From Flavobacteriales bacterium (lineage in GTDB: Bacteria > Bacteroidota > Bacteroidia > Flavobacteriales > UBA7312): DNA of 64,000 bases. Where the stretch lies: assembly GCA_037625715.1 (NCBI GenBank), contig JASJHQ010000035.1, positions 497 through 64,496 on the forward strand, written 5' to 3'. Every line of letters starts with the position of its first letter. Position 1 is the first letter of the stretch. Under the pieces are notes generated by a model. The model was not told the origin of the DNA, did no database searches, and worked only from the letters and a program-made list of their open reading frames with translations. Positions 55,610-64,000 of this stretch are shown piece after piece. Both the position numbers and the translations under genes were made by a program.

Positions 55610-56782
55610 ATGAAAATTTCCGTTTACCTATTGCTATTGCTTTCTTTGAATGTTTTTAGTCAAGATTATGTCCATCAAGTCTTGGTTTTGAATGAAGGAT
55701 ATTTTAATTACGCTGATTCTGAAATAGTTGTTCCTGTAACTATAGGCAGCTATGATCCTAATACTGAAATTTACACATCATTACATACTGTTGAAGGAGC
55801 TAGATTTGCATCAGACATAGTTATTAATGATGGTTTTTATTATGTTGCAGCTGATACACTTCTTTTAAAGTACGATTTAGCAACAAATGAGTTGTTGAAT
55901 TCTACAACTGTTCCTGGTATCAGGAATATTGCAATTTATGAGGATAATATAATTGTTACAAGAGGAGAGTATTTGGTGAGCTATTCTAGTTATCTTCAGG
56001 TTTACTCTGCAAATGATCTTAGTTTTTCTAATGAGTTAGATACCGTTAATGGCCCTAAATGGGCTTCTCAAAATTTAATTGTAAGAGATGATATCGTTTA
56101 CGTTGCAATTAACAATGGTTTTGAATGGTCTAACGAAAAAGGAATTGTCGGAATGTTGGATATGTCTAATATGGAATACATTAACGAAATAGATCTTGGA
56201 TTTGATGCTAGAAACATTGATAACATGATGACAGACGGAGAGTTTATTTACACTGTAAATAATAAAGATTGGTCTGGAGCTTCTATTTCTAAATTAGATC
56301 TATCAGATAATAGTAGCATTACAACCAACATCGCAAGTGCAAGTACTGGTTGTGGTACATCTTCTTTTAGAGGAGATAAGTTAGTTTATCAAATATCTAG
56401 TACTTCAGAATTATTCGAATGGGATCCGGAATTATTGAGTGATAACGGAACTTTGTTAGAAATCAATCAAGCGTTTTATGACTTGTCTTATGATTACACG
56501 AATCAATATCTATACGCTAGTGTAACGGACTATACTTCATTCGGAAAGGTTTCTATTTATGATAATCAAAACGAATTAGTAGGCGAGTTTGACTGTGGAG
56601 TTTCCCCGGGAACTATGGCTTTTGACGTTAGAAATCTAACAGGAATTTCTAATTATTCATTAGATGCCAAAGACGCTAACTTAACTTTTGATCTTAAAGG
56701 AAATAAAGTAGATGATTTGAAAAATGCTAGTTCTGGAATTTACATTCAGAATGGTAAGAAAATTTTCATCTCAAAAAAGTAA
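55610..56782 (+). CDS. Secreted beta-propeller-like protein (YncE/DUF5074/BtuG-like?) under the B12 riboswitch
   Basis: The track ORF starts at 55469, inside the riboswitch. I prefer ATG 55610 (MKISVYLLLLLSLNVFSQ, a type I signal with no lipobox Cys). VLVLNEGYFNY near the N-terminus. Six to seven blade-like repeats of 40-50 aa. The C-terminal FDLKGNKV...SSGIYIQNGKKIFISKK is reminiscent of a short T9SS type A tail. Confidence 0.6.
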   Translation: MKISVYLLLLLSLNVFSQDYVHQVLVLNEGYFNYADSEIVVPVTIGSYDPNTEIYTSLHTVEGARFASDIVINDGFYYVAADTLLLKYDLATNELLNSTTVPGIRNIAIYEDNIIVTRGEYLVSYSSYLQVYSANDLSFSNELDTVNGPKWASQNLIVRDDIVYVAINNGFEWSNEKGIVGMLDMSNMEYINEIDLGFDARNIDNMMTDGEFIYTVNNKDWSGASISKLDLSDNSSITTNIASASTGCGTSSFRGDKLVYQISSTSELFEWDPELLSDNGTLLEINQAFYDLSYDYTNQYLYASVTDYTSFGKVSIYDNQNELVGEFDCGVSPGTMAFDVRNLTGISNYSLDAKDANLTFDLKGNKVDDLKNASSGIYIQNGKKIFISKK

Positions 56783-56812
56783 TAGCGTTTAATTTCTTGC
56801 TTAAGATTTTTA

Positions 56813-56820
56813 TAATTTTG
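56813..56820 (+). promoter_or_regulatory. -7 box (TAATTTTG) for the antiporter gene
   Basis: Exact TAnnTTTG, 12 nt upstream of the ATG at 56833. Confidence 0.45.
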
Positions 56821-56832
56821 TATTTTTACTAA

Positions 56833-58656
56833 ATGTTAGAACTATCAGCAATAATCGTATTTGGTATTTTCGCTCAGTGGATCGCCTGGAGGATGAAAAT
56901 ACCCGCTATTTTCCCCCTAATATTATTAGGTCTATTTCTTGGGCCATTATCTAAAGTGATTCTTGGTTTAGATGAGAAGTGGATTAATCCTGAAAATATC
57001 TTTGCTGGTAAGACGATGTATTATTTCGTTTCTTTATCTGTAGGAATAATACTTTTTGAAGGTGGTCTGACTTTAAAGTTTAAAGAAGTAAGAAAATTAG
57101 CAGGAGTAGTAAGAAACCTATTGTTCTTCGGAACAATTATAATGCTTCTTGGTGGTGCTATTGCAGCCCACTATTTTATTGGAATGGATTATAAGGTGGC
57201 CTTATTGTTCGGCTCATTGATTATTGTTACAGGGCCAACAGTTATTGCTCCAATTTTACAAAGTGTTAAACCCAAAAAAAATATTAGTACCATTTTAAAA
57301 TGGGAAGGTATTGTTATTGATCCAATAGGGGCTTTAGTTGCTGTTTTGGTTTATGAACTTCTTTTTGTTTCAACTATGGGAGTTGGAGGTGATCATTCTT
57401 TGGGTCTGACTCAAGTAGCTTTAAAAACCTTCTCACTAACATTATGTGTTGGTACATTTTTTGGGCTTTTCTCAGGATGGACTTTACACTCTTTATTAAA
57501 AAGAGATCTGATTCCTCATTTTTTAATTAATGTTGTATCTCTTGGTTTTGTAATTTTCGCTTTTGCTGGGGCTGATACCTTACAAGCTGAGTCAGGTCTT
57601 TTATCGGTAACTGTAATGGGTATTTTATTAGGAAACATTAAAACACCTAACATTGATAAAATATTAGACTTTAAAGAAAGTTTAACGGTAATTCTAATTT
57701 CTGTTTTATTCATAATTCTTTCTGCAAAAATTGATTTAGAACAATTACAAAAACTAGAAATCAATTCAATTTATATTTTCTTAATTGTAGTGTTTGTTCT
57801 TCGTCCTATTGTTGTTTGGATAAGCTCTATTAAGTCCGATTTAAATTGGAGAGAAAAAGCTTTCATCGCTTGGGTTGGTCCTAAAGGAATTGTTGCTGCT
57901 GCCGTAGCTTCTTTATTCTCTCTTTATCTTTTAAACTCCGATAAAATTGTTTTACCAGATGATCTTAGAGAAGATGTAGAAATGTTAGTTCCTCTTACCT
58001 TCATGATTATATTAGGAACAGTTACTTTAAATGGTTTGTCAGCTAAGTTAGTTGCTAGGTTATTGGGCGTAATTAAGAAAGATAGAAATGGTGTTGTTTT
58101 TGTTGGAGCAAATGAAGGCTCCATTTCAATAGCCAAGTATCTAGATAGCAATGATATTAACACTTCTCTGATTGATTTATCAAAAGAAAATGTTCGTTTA
58201 GCAAAGGCTCAAGGTCTTAATGTTGAAGAGCGTAATATTTTAGCAGACGACCAAGATAATATTGATATTGAAGATGCTGGTCACTTGTTAGCGTTAACAT
58301 CTAGTAATGATGTCAATATTTTTGCGTGTAGAAAACTAAAGCACAGCATAGGAGAGTCTAGAGTATATAGACTAATTACAATTAACGAGATTAAATTTGA
58401 AGCTTTATCAAAACCTCAAAACGTTTTGTTTTCTGGAGATTCCGATTACATAAAATTAATCGAAATGGTTAGGGCGTACCCTGATTTAAAAGAAATAAGT
58501 ATAGAATCTAAAGAACAGTTTAGTTTGCTAACTTCCACAAACACTGACTTTGTTCCTGTTTTAATTAGAAACGGTCATAAAATTCAATTTATAACTGTCA
58601 ACTTTGATTATCAATTTGAAAAAGACGACTGTTTAGCTTACATAGGAAAATTATAA
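56833..58656 (+). CDS. Cation:proton antiporter (Na+/H+ exchanger family) with a C-terminal RCK/TrkA-like domain
   Basis: 607 aa. About 11-12 TM helices (LFEGGLTL, GPTVIAPIL), then a soluble domain starting VVFVGANEGS. Confidence 0.82.
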   Translation: MLELSAIIVFGIFAQWIAWRMKIPAIFPLILLGLFLGPLSKVILGLDEKWINPENIFAGKTMYYFVSLSVGIILFEGGLTLKFKEVRKLAGVVRNLLFFGTIIMLLGGAIAAHYFIGMDYKVALLFGSLIIVTGPTVIAPILQSVKPKKNISTILKWEGIVIDPIGALVAVLVYELLFVSTMGVGGDHSLGLTQVALKTFSLTLCVGTFFGLFSGWTLHSLLKRDLIPHFLINVVSLGFVIFAFAGADTLQAESGLLSVTVMGILLGNIKTPNIDKILDFKESLTVILISVLFIILSAKIDLEQLQKLEINSIYIFLIVVFVLRPIVVWISSIKSDLNWREKAFIAWVGPKGIVAAAVASLFSLYLLNSDKIVLPDDLREDVEMLVPLTFMIILGTVTLNGLSAKLVARLLGVIKKDRNGVVFVGANEGSISIAKYLDSNDINTSLIDLSKENVRLAKAQGLNVEERNILADDQDNIDIEDAGHLLALTSSNDVNIFACRKLKHSIGESRVYRLITINEIKFEALSKPQNVLFSGDSDYIKLIEMVRAYPDLKEISIESKEQFSLLTSTNTDFVPVLIRNGHKIQFITVNFDYQFEKDDCLAYIGKL

Positions 58657-58663
58657 AATTACA

Positions 58664-59740
58664 ATGAAAAACATAGCATTACATTCTACTCATGAAAAAT
58701 TGGGTGCAAAAATGGTTCCTTTTGCAGGTTATAACATGCCTGTTCAATATACAGGAGTAAAAGATGAACATTTAGCAGTCCGTTCTTCTGTAGGTGTCTT
58801 TGATGTTTCTCACATGGGTGAGTTTATGGTTGAAGGACCTGATGCGTTAGATTTTATTCAGAGAGTAACCTCTAATGACGTTTCAGCTTTAGTAGATGGC
58901 CAAGTTCAATACTCTTGTTTTCCTAACTTAGAAGGAGGGATAGTCGATGATTTGCTTGTTTACCGTTTTAATAGTCAAAAATTTATGTTAGTTGTTAATG
59001 CATCAAATATTGATAAAGATTTAAGCTGGATAAGCAAGTTTAATAATGGATCAAAAATTACTGACATTTCTGACAAGATGTCTTTGTTGGCAGTACAAGG
59101 GCCAAATGCTATTAACGCTCTAAAATCTTTAACAAAGCTCGATCTTACATCTATTCCTTTTTACACTTTTAAAGAAGGTGATTTTTGTGGTCTTGAAAAT
59201 GTAATTGTTTCTGCTACTGGCTATACTGGTTCTGGAGGTTTTGAAATTTATTTTCCAAATGAGCATGCACAAGAAATTTGGGATAAAGTTTTTGAATCGG
59301 GTAGAGAGTATGATATTAAGCCTGCTGGTTTAGCAGCTAGAGATACATTAAGGTTAGAAATGGGTTATTGTTTATATGGTAATGACATTAACGATTCTAT
59401 ATCTCCTCTTGAAGCTGGTTTAGGCTGGATTACTAAATTTAATAATTCGTTTAATAATTCTGATTACTTAAAAGCTCAAAAAGAAAACGGATTAGAAAAG
59501 AAAAGAGTCGGATTTGAACTTGTTGAAAGGGGTATACCTAGAAAAGACTACCAAGTTTATGATGATAATGATAATGTTATTGGATTTGTAACTTCTGGCA
59601 CTATGTCACCATCTCTAGATAAAGCAATTGGAATGGGTTATGTTAATACTGCTTTTGCTAAATCTGATACAGAGATCTATATTTCTATAAGAAATAAAAA
59701 AATTAAAGCTAAAATTTGTAAGCTACCTTTCTTTAAATAG
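58664..59740 (+). CDS. gcvT: Glycine cleavage system aminomethyltransferase (T protein)
   Basis: 358 aa. GAKMVPFAGYNMPVQY, FDVSHMGEF, LAVQGP, RDTLRLEMG. Confidence 0.93.
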   Translation: MKNIALHSTHEKLGAKMVPFAGYNMPVQYTGVKDEHLAVRSSVGVFDVSHMGEFMVEGPDALDFIQRVTSNDVSALVDGQVQYSCFPNLEGGIVDDLLVYRFNSQKFMLVVNASNIDKDLSWISKFNNGSKITDISDKMSLLAVQGPNAINALKSLTKLDLTSIPFYTFKEGDFCGLENVIVSATGYTGSGGFEIYFPNEHAQEIWDKVFESGREYDIKPAGLAARDTLRLEMGYCLYGNDINDSISPLEAGLGWITKFNNSFNNSDYLKAQKENGLEKKRVGFELVERGIPRKDYQVYDDNDNVIGFVTSGTMSPSLDKAIGMGYVNTAFAKSDTEIYISIRNKKIKAKICKLPFFK

Positions 59741-59749
59741 AATTAAATT

Positions 59750-60472
59750 ATGAGAAAGAACGATATTAAAGTTTGTTTAACTCCAGCTCTTTTTGAGCTC
59801 TACTCTGACAGAAAGAGTGTAGTAGTTGTGGTTGATATTCTTAGAGCTACATCTGCAATGTGCATTGCTATTGAAAGAGGTGTTGAAAAGATCATTCCTG
59901 TATCGACAGTTGAAGAAGCGCTAGACTATAAAGGAAGAGATAATCATATTTTAGCTGCTGAAAGGAACGGTAAAATTGTTTCTGGTTTTAACTATGGAAA
60001 TTCTCCTTTAACATATTTAAATGAAGATATTAAAGGAAAAACTTTAGTGGTAACTACAACCAATGGTACTAAAGCTATAAATATTGCTAAAGTGGATCAT
60101 CATGTTGTAATCGGCTCGTTTTTAAACATTAACTCATTAACTGAATACTTGTCTGATTTAAATAAAGATATAATTATTTTATGTGCAGGATGGAAAAATG
60201 ATTTCTGTTTAGAAGATACAATGTTTGCGGGTGCTTTAATTGATCAATTAGTTGAGACAAATAATTTTCAACATACTTCTGATTCGTGCTCTGTAGCAAG
60301 TTTAATCTACAAAACAGCAGAAAATGATATGTTTGATTTTCTAGAAGATTCTCAACATAGAAAAAGATTATCTGATTTAAACATCAATGATGATGTGTCT
60401 TATTGTCTTAAAAGAAATGAAACTAATTTGATTCCAATAATAGTTGAGAATCAGATAGAAGCCTTTAAATGA
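59750..60472 (+). CDS. 2-phosphosulfolactate phosphatase (ComB) family protein
   Basis: 240 aa. VVVVVDILRATSAM, AAERNG...GFNYGNSP, TTTNGTKAI, LCAGWKNDFCLEDTMFAG. Confidence 0.8.
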   Translation: MRKNDIKVCLTPALFELYSDRKSVVVVVDILRATSAMCIAIERGVEKIIPVSTVEEALDYKGRDNHILAAERNGKIVSGFNYGNSPLTYLNEDIKGKTLVVTTTNGTKAINIAKVDHHVVIGSFLNINSLTEYLSDLNKDIIILCAGWKNDFCLEDTMFAGALIDQLVETNNFQHTSDSCSVASLIYKTAENDMFDFLEDSQHRKRLSDLNINDDVSYCLKRNETNLIPIIVENQIEAFK

Positions 60473-61344
60473 AATACTTCTCAATAATATTACTTTTATC
60501 TTTTAGCTCAAACTTTTCAACCTCTTGGGGATTTTTTGCTCATAAGTTGATAAATAAACATGCTGTTTATTCTCTTCCCCAATCAATGAATACTTTTTAC
60601 ATTAACAATATTGATTTGTTAGAAGAAAAGGCTGTTGACGCCGATAAAAGAAGGTATTCAGATAAAGATGAAGCTCATAAACACTACATTGATATTGACT
60701 ATTATAGTGTTGATTCCCCTTTTGTTGTTATGCCTCGTTATAAAAAAGATGCTATTGCTAAATTCTCATTAGATACATTAGAAGCTTATGGGATTTTGCC
60801 TTGGCATATTAATTATTGTTATTATGAATTAGTTAAAGCAATGAAAAGTAAGGATGCTCAAAAGGTGATTTATTTATCTGCAGATTTAGGTCACTATATA
60901 GCAGATGCTAATGTACCATTACATACTACGCTTAATTACGATGGTCAATTAACTAATCAGGATGGTATTCATGCTTTTTGGGAATCAAGACTTCCAGAGT
61001 TGTTTCATTCGAACTATAATTTAATAGTTCCTAAAATAGAATATATAGATAATGTATTGGACAGGGTTTGGCAAACTGTTGAAGCAAGCCATAATGCTAA
61101 AGATTCCGTTTTGTTATTGGAGCTAAAACTTAGGAAAAATTATGATGAAGATAAAGTATATAGTTTTGAAGAGAAAGGAGGGAGGTCTAACGGAGTTTAT
61201 TCAAAAGAATACTCAGAAGAATACCATCTTTTGCTCAGTGGAATGGTAGAGCGTCAAATGAGAAAATCAATTCATTTAACAAGCTCTGTATGGTTTACTG
61301 CATGGGTAGATGCAGGTCAGCCAAATATGAATAATTGGGAATAA
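60469..61344 (+). CDS. Zinc-dependent phospholipase C / P1-nuclease superfamily protein
   Basis: 291 aa. Signal peptide, then WGFFAHK at the mature N-terminus. LGHYIADANVPLHTT. The subfamily is uncertain. Confidence 0.55.
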   Translation: MKYFSIILLLSFSSNFSTSWGFFAHKLINKHAVYSLPQSMNTFYINNIDLLEEKAVDADKRRYSDKDEAHKHYIDIDYYSVDSPFVVMPRYKKDAIAKFSLDTLEAYGILPWHINYCYYELVKAMKSKDAQKVIYLSADLGHYIADANVPLHTTLNYDGQLTNQDGIHAFWESRLPELFHSNYNLIVPKIEYIDNVLDRVWQTVEASHNAKDSVLLLELKLRKNYDEDKVYSFEEKGGRSNGVYSKEYSEEYHLLLSGMVERQMRKSIHLTSSVWFTAWVDAGQPNMNNWE

Positions 61345-61351
61345 CTATTTT

Positions 61352-62236
61352 TTAAAAGTAGAAAGAAAGTCCTAATGAGAAGTTGATTCCACTAGATTTC
61401 ATTGTTCTTGTAGTTGTTTGTTCTCCTAAGTCATTTATGCTTAAAATCGGATGAAGCGTAGACTCAACCAATTCAGATTTATAGTCAGACATAAAGTAGT
61501 TGAACTGTGGCTCTAAAAAAAAGTGTTCAGAAAGACTCATTGAATAACCCAATCCAAAGTTAATTTTCGAAGAGGTGATATCTGTCAAAGTTGTTGTATT
61601 ACTTACTGCTTCTTTTATTTCTTCGCTACCCATTCCTATTTGATAAGAACCGTCAACAAACAATAAATTACCGTTTTTAAGTGTGTGGTAATACCTAACG
61701 AATGGTGTTATATTAAGCATCGTTAGCGAAGTTGTAAGGTTTGTATTTACAGAAGCAGCAATTAAGCTATATAGTTCGTAGTAATTATTAGCATATGTTG
61801 CACCCATGGACTCTACATCAGGAAGGCCGTTAAACCAAACTCCCATTAAGCTATCTGCTAAATCAGCATTAGCAACTTGAGAGTCAGTACCAGTTCTGAA
61901 TACAGTATTTCTAGAAGTAAATCCAAATCCTAAACCAGCTTGGAAATTCTTGTCAATAAAATAACCTGTTCTGAAGCTAAAATCTATATCAGTAGCTTTA
62001 TCTTCTACAAGATTGTATTTATAAGGAAACAAAAAACCTAAATTCAGTGAATCTGTAGCGGTTACTAGTGTGTCATTAAAGCCTGTGAAAGTTGCGTCAA
62101 TTGTATTTTCAGAGCCATTAGAAGATGTAAATCCTAATGTTGAGCTAGAAGCACCAAGATACCAATCGCCTTTTTCTTGTTGAGCAAAAGAGTTGAAGCT
62201 TAAAATTAATGCTGAAATAAATAGAATCTTTTTCAT
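61352..62236 (-). CDS. Outer-membrane beta-barrel protein (porin-like)
   Basis: 294 aa, signal peptide ending FAQ. Alternating-hydrophobicity strands, aromatic C-terminus (GLSFYF). Confidence 0.6.
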   Translation of the reverse strand: MKKILFISALILSFNSFAQQEKGDWYLGASSSTLGFTSSNGSENTIDATFTGFNDTLVTATDSLNLGFLFPYKYNLVEDKATDIDFSFRTGYFIDKNFQAGLGFGFTSRNTVFRTGTDSQVANADLADSLMGVWFNGLPDVESMGATYANNYYELYSLIAASVNTNLTTSLTMLNITPFVRYYHTLKNGNLLFVDGSYQIGMGSEEIKEAVSNTTTLTDITSSKINFGLGYSMSLSEHFFLEPQFNYFMSDYKSELVESTLHPILSINDLGEQTTTRTMKSSGINFSLGLSFYF

Positions 62237-62277
62237 AATGGGTTTTGTTTACGATGCGAATATACTCAAAAAAAGAA

Positions 62278-63399
62278 TTATTGGTTAAGCATTACTGGCA
62301 TGACTAACATTAAAATATCTTCTCCTTCTTTAGTGTTGTCTTGTGGAATCAAAATACCAGCACGATTTGGTGCGCTTAGTTCAAGGTTGACTTGCTCGGA
62401 ATCTAGATTATTAATCATTTCAAGTAAAAACTTTGAATTAAAGCCAATTTCGATATCTTCTCCAGCATATTGGCAGCTTAATCTTTCGTGAGCTTCATTT
62501 GAAAAGTCAATATCTTCAGAAGAAATGCTTAATTCTGTACCAGCAATCTTTAACCTTACCTGATGAGTAGACTTGTTTGCGAAAATTGCAACTCTTCTTA
62601 AAGAGTTATAGAAAGATAATCTGTCAATTGTCATTACATTAGGATTGTCTTTTGGAATAACGGCTTCGTAGTTAGGGTATTTCCCATCTATTAAACGACA
62701 AATTAATTCAATGTCATCAAATACAAAGTATGCGTTAGTAGAGTTATATTCTATTTTAACATCTGTGTCTTTAGTAATGTTGTTTTTTAATAGCGTTAAA
62801 GGCTTTTTAGGAAGTATGAATGAAGTAGTTTCTTCTGCACTTGCATCACTTCTTTTGTATTTAACTAGTTTGTGAGCATCCGTAGCAACGAAAATACATC
62901 CGTCTTGAGATAACTCACAAAAAACACCAGACATAATCGGTCTTAAATCGTCGTTTCCAGTAGCAAAAATAGTATTGTTAATAGCGTCAGAAAGTAATTG
63001 AGACTTAATTATAGTAGAAGAGGCAGAAGTCATTTTGGGTGTCTTAGGAAACTCTTCTCCATTATGACCAGCTAGTTTGTATTTTCCGTTCTCAGAACCA
63101 ATTTCTATTCCAAAATTATTTTCGTCAACTAAGAAAGTTAATGGTTGATCCGAAAAAGTTTTTAAAGTATCAATAAGTAATTTTGCAGGAATAGCAATTT
63201 TACCATCTGTGTCTGCATTAGAATCAGCCACTTTAGTTTTCATCGTAGTTTCTAAGTCAGAAGCCGAAACGGTTAAAACGTTTTCAGATATTTCAAAAAG
63301 GAAATTGTCTAAAATTGGTAATGTATTACTAGAGTTTAATACACCACTTATAGATTGTAGTTGTTTTAATAACTGTGAACTAGATACTATGAATTTCAT
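62278..63399 (-). CDS. dnaN: DNA polymerase III beta subunit (sliding clamp)
   Basis: 373 aa. MKFIVSSSQLLKQLQ, ATDAHKL, three-domain length, C-terminal MPVMLNQ. Confidence 0.93.
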   Translation of the reverse strand: MKFIVSSSQLLKQLQSISGVLNSSNTLPILDNFLFEISENVLTVSASDLETTMKTKVADSNADTDGKIAIPAKLLIDTLKTFSDQPLTFLVDENNFGIEIGSENGKYKLAGHNGEEFPKTPKMTSASSTIIKSQLLSDAINNTIFATGNDDLRPIMSGVFCELSQDGCIFVATDAHKLVKYKRSDASAEETTSFILPKKPLTLLKNNITKDTDVKIEYNSTNAYFVFDDIELICRLIDGKYPNYEAVIPKDNPNVMTIDRLSFYNSLRRVAIFANKSTHQVRLKIAGTELSISSEDIDFSNEAHERLSCQYAGEDIEIGFNSKFLLEMINNLDSEQVNLELSAPNRAGILIPQDNTKEGEDILMLVMPVMLNQ

Positions 63400-63468
63400 T
63401 GGATGAATGATTTAAATTTAAAAACAAATATAATTTTTTAACTCTAGTGATTGGATTTATTTTATCAA

Positions 63469-64000
63469 CTACTTTTCAACAGGAATCAGATTCGGATTTA
63501 ATAATAATTGATTAAAAGTATAAAACTGAATTAACAACAAATCATCGTTAACATGAGCGAAAAACCTATCTTGATCATAGCTTAGTTTTAGACCATTCAT
63601 ATCTAAATACTCATCTCTTTTAGGAGATTTATGAAAAGTATTAAATTCAATAACTTCGTTTTCTTGAGAATTAATTTTAATGGTATGAAAAGGTTTGCTA
63701 TTTATTATTGAATCTTTTTTGGAGAAATTGTTCATAAATCCTTCGCAATTTACTTTTCTAAAAAGGTTAAAATATTTGTTAGAAAACTCCGATGAAATAT
63801 TTTGTTTTGATTCTTGTTGCTGAAGAATAAAGCTTTCTTGTTCTTTAGTTATTTTGTAGTTTTTTGTAGAGTCATCGTGATTTATGATTTCAATAGAATT
63901 AATTTTTTTCGGATTTAGTTTAACAAAGCTTCTGTCTCTCCATAAATCTAAATTAATACTTGCTCCGTCTATATTATATCTAGGAGCTAGAAAGCCGTTA
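63469..64000 (-). CDS. Hypothetical protein, 3' part (the gene runs off the right edge)
   Basis: The track lists only 63469..63735 from the first Met. I checked the same reverse frame codon by codon from 63736 to 63999 and found no stop (...NGFLAPRYNIDGASINLDLWRDRSFVKLNPKKINSIEIINHDD...). The true start is probably beyond the window. Confidence 0.5.
   Translation of the reverse strand, partial: NGFLAPRYNIDGASINLDLWRDRSFVKLNPKKINSIEIINHDDSTKNYKITKEQESFILQQQESKQNISSEFSNKYFNLFRKVNCEGFMNNFSKKDSIINSKPFHTIKINSQENEVIEFNTFHKSPKRDEYLDMNGLKLSYDQDRFFAHVNDDLLLIQFYTFNQLLLNPNLIPVEK

Noticed and set aside
63400-63468. Possible oriC next to dnaN
   Set aside because: No dnaA gene in the window, and I saw no TTATCCACA/TGTGGATAA-type DnaA boxes in the 69-nt gap upstream of dnaN.
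1-64000. Looked for CRISPR arrays, IS elements or transposases, integrases, phage genes, restriction-modification or other defence modules, and long direct or inverted repeats
   Set aside because: None found by eye. All gaps over 100 nt are explained by tRNAs, a riboswitch or promoter regions. Gene content is core housekeeping throughout.

Overview
Visibly AT-rich chromosomal segment that looks like Bacteroidota, Flavobacteriia-type. The taxon call rests on three things: several T9SS type A and type B C-terminal sorting domains, recurrent TAnnTTTG -7 promoter boxes, and Bacteroidetes-typical gene neighbourhoods such as cdaA-folP / DUF1599 / DoxX-fusion / tpiA / prmA. About 55 tightly packed CDS, 4 tRNAs (Arg-TCT, Pro-TGG, Ser-GCT, Arg-ACG) and one cobalamin riboswitch. 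The content is mostly core housekeeping: glyA, guaB, def, rlmF, folP, tpiA, prmA, plsY, mnmA, recR, lgt, mtaB, mutL, pyrD, gcvT and dnaN, plus periplasmic PPIase chaperones, Opp/Dpp-type ABC components and T9SS cargo proteins. I saw no transposase, integrase, CRISPR array, prophage or recognisable defence genes, and no compositional island. I cannot honestly point to a clear-cut new multi-gene system here. The most promising leads are: (1) a cobalamin riboswitch driving a single secreted, non-lipoprotein beta-propeller-like protein with no btuB beside it; (2) a 1474-aa signal-peptide protein of unrecognisable family embedded in a housekeeping operon; (3) Opp/Dpp-type importer genes that lack any ATPase gene and carry large insertions in both permeases; (4) the cdaA-folP / DUF1599 / DoxX-fusion cluster. 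All family assignments come from reading the translated ORFs by eye, with no searches run.
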